A stretch of 64,000 bases of DNA, taken from the IMG/VR virus record IMGVR_UViG_3300037400_003286; one strand, written 5' to 3'. Made by a program: the position numbers and the translations under genes. This document shows positions 63,229 through 64,000 of this stretch, in pieces. The notes under the pieces are model-generated. The model was not told the origin of the DNA. It made no database searches and was given only the letters and a program-made list of their open reading frames with translations. The DNA is from a virus (lineage: Duplodnaviria; Caudoviricetes). Numbering within the stretch: position 1 is the stretch's first letter; every line of letters begins with the position of its first letter.

Positions 63229-63666
63229 ATGGCTATAGATTGGACAACAATTGTTGTGACTATAATTGGTCTTATTGGTAGCGGTGGTATCGGTTCTCTG
63301 ATTGCTCTTAAGTATTCTAAAAGAAAGGCTAAGACTGAAGCAAATTCAGCAGCCAATCAGGAACAGGCTGAAAGAATAGATTTGGGTGACAAGTATGTTA
63401 ATCAGATGCTTGCTATGCTTGAAAAACTTCAATCAGCACAGGATCAGAATCTAGCAATGAGTAAGGTTAACAGCTACGAAAGAAAAGAATCCTGGGATGC
63501 TGTTGAAAAAAAGATGACGGAAATTCACGATGACATTGTAAACGTAAAGAGTGAAGTGTCAAGTATTGTCCTGTACTTGAATGGCGGTTACAGACAATAT
63601 AAGGCAGAGCATCCAGAGCTTAAAGCGTTAGATGTAATTTCTGAAGAATCTGAAAGCAACGATTAA
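63229..63666 (+). CDS. Single-TM coiled-coil protein (holin-like candidate)
   Basis: DWTTIVVTIIGLIGSGGIGSLIAL followed by a basic patch and coiled coil. Confidence 0.55.
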   Translation: MAIDWTTIVVTIIGLIGSGGIGSLIALKYSKRKAKTEANSAANQEQAERIDLGDKYVNQMLAMLEKLQSAQDQNLAMSKVNSYERKESWDAVEKKMTEIHDDIVNVKSEVSSIVLYLNGGYRQYKAEHPELKALDVISEESESND

Positions 63667-63678
63667 TGTTTTAAATAT

Positions 63679-63719
63679 AAACAAAGAGACGGGAGAAAAA
63701 TCTTCCGTCTCTTTGTTTT
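63679..63719 (+). terminator. Intrinsic terminator
   Basis: AAACAAAGAGACGG-loop-CCGTCTCTTTGTTTT. Confidence 0.85.
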
Positions 63720-63747
63720 AATCGTTTTTATAAAAAATACGTATAAT
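63717..63747 (+). promoter_or_regulatory. Bipartite promoter TTTAATC-N16-CGTATAAT
   Basis: Exact match, 25 nt upstream of ATG 63773. Confidence 0.8.
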
Positions 63748-63772
63748 AATATAAACGAAGAACTTTAAACAG

Positions 63773-64000
63773 ATGTCTACAAAATTACAGGAAAAACTGA
63801 GATGTCAGAAACGTGGAGAGGAATTTGTTGACGAAACACTTAGCAGTATAGGAAGAACACCTGAATCACAGCATTATGTAAAGAACTCAGTATTGCTTGC
63901 TGAAATACTAAAATGTAAGAGAGAGAACAACGGACAGGCGAGCGATGAATTGGCTAAGATGTTTATACAGATTGCAACAAAGCTTTCAAATAAGCTTAAA
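63773..64000 (+). CDS. Late-transcription sigma factor (T4 gp55-like), 5' part only, truncated by the window edge
   Basis: Not in the ORF track. Manual translation MSTKLQEKLRCQKRGEEFVDETLSSIGRTPESQHYVKNSVLLAEILKCKRENNGQASDELAKMFIQIATKLSNKLK; HYVKNSVLL..ELAKMFIQIATKLS resembles gp55 NYVNNKELL..IGLAIMLIAEGLS. Confidence 0.75.
   Translation, partial: MSTKLQEKLRCQKRGEEFVDETLSSIGRTPESQHYVKNSVLLAEILKCKRENNGQASDELAKMFIQIATKLSNKLK

Overview
This 64 kb window comes from a large, AT-rich, T4-like (myovirus) jumbo phage, most likely infecting a Bacteroidota host. The host evidence is TAnnTTTG host-type promoters, a BACON-like tail domain and no obvious Shine-Dalgarno sites. The standard genetic code fits. 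Head genes: portal gp20, gp2, gp4, neck gp14-like, and a giant acidic putative core protein. Tail and baseplate genes: gp53-, hub-, gp5-, gp26/gp51-, gp19- and gp15-like, plus very large unknown structural proteins. DNA metabolism: UvsX, UvsY, UvsW, NAD-dependent ligase and a DinG-like helicase. Others: an ECF-like sigma, a truncated gp55-like sigma, two glycosyltransferase-like genes, an OFA-family MFS transporter, a ferritin/Dps-like gene and a solo TnpB element. Four signals stand out. (1) Three promoter classes suggest a host sigmaA -> phage ECF sigma -> gp55 cascade, including five exact copies of TTTAATC-N16-CGTATAAT. (2) A PA-X-like ACC_UUU_CGC +1 frameshift site links the gp26-like and gp51-like baseplate chaperone ORFs. 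(3) A TnpA-less TnpB has an IS608-like right end and its own phage late promoter, suggesting an RNA-guided homing nuclease. (4) Weaker signals are an enriched D-[S/A]-S motif in tail proteins next to phage glycosyltransferases, a candidate origin at 47.1-47.4 kb, a structured non-coding region at 35.8-36.0 kb and over-represented GATCGATC. All product calls come from motif recognition by eye, not from database searches.
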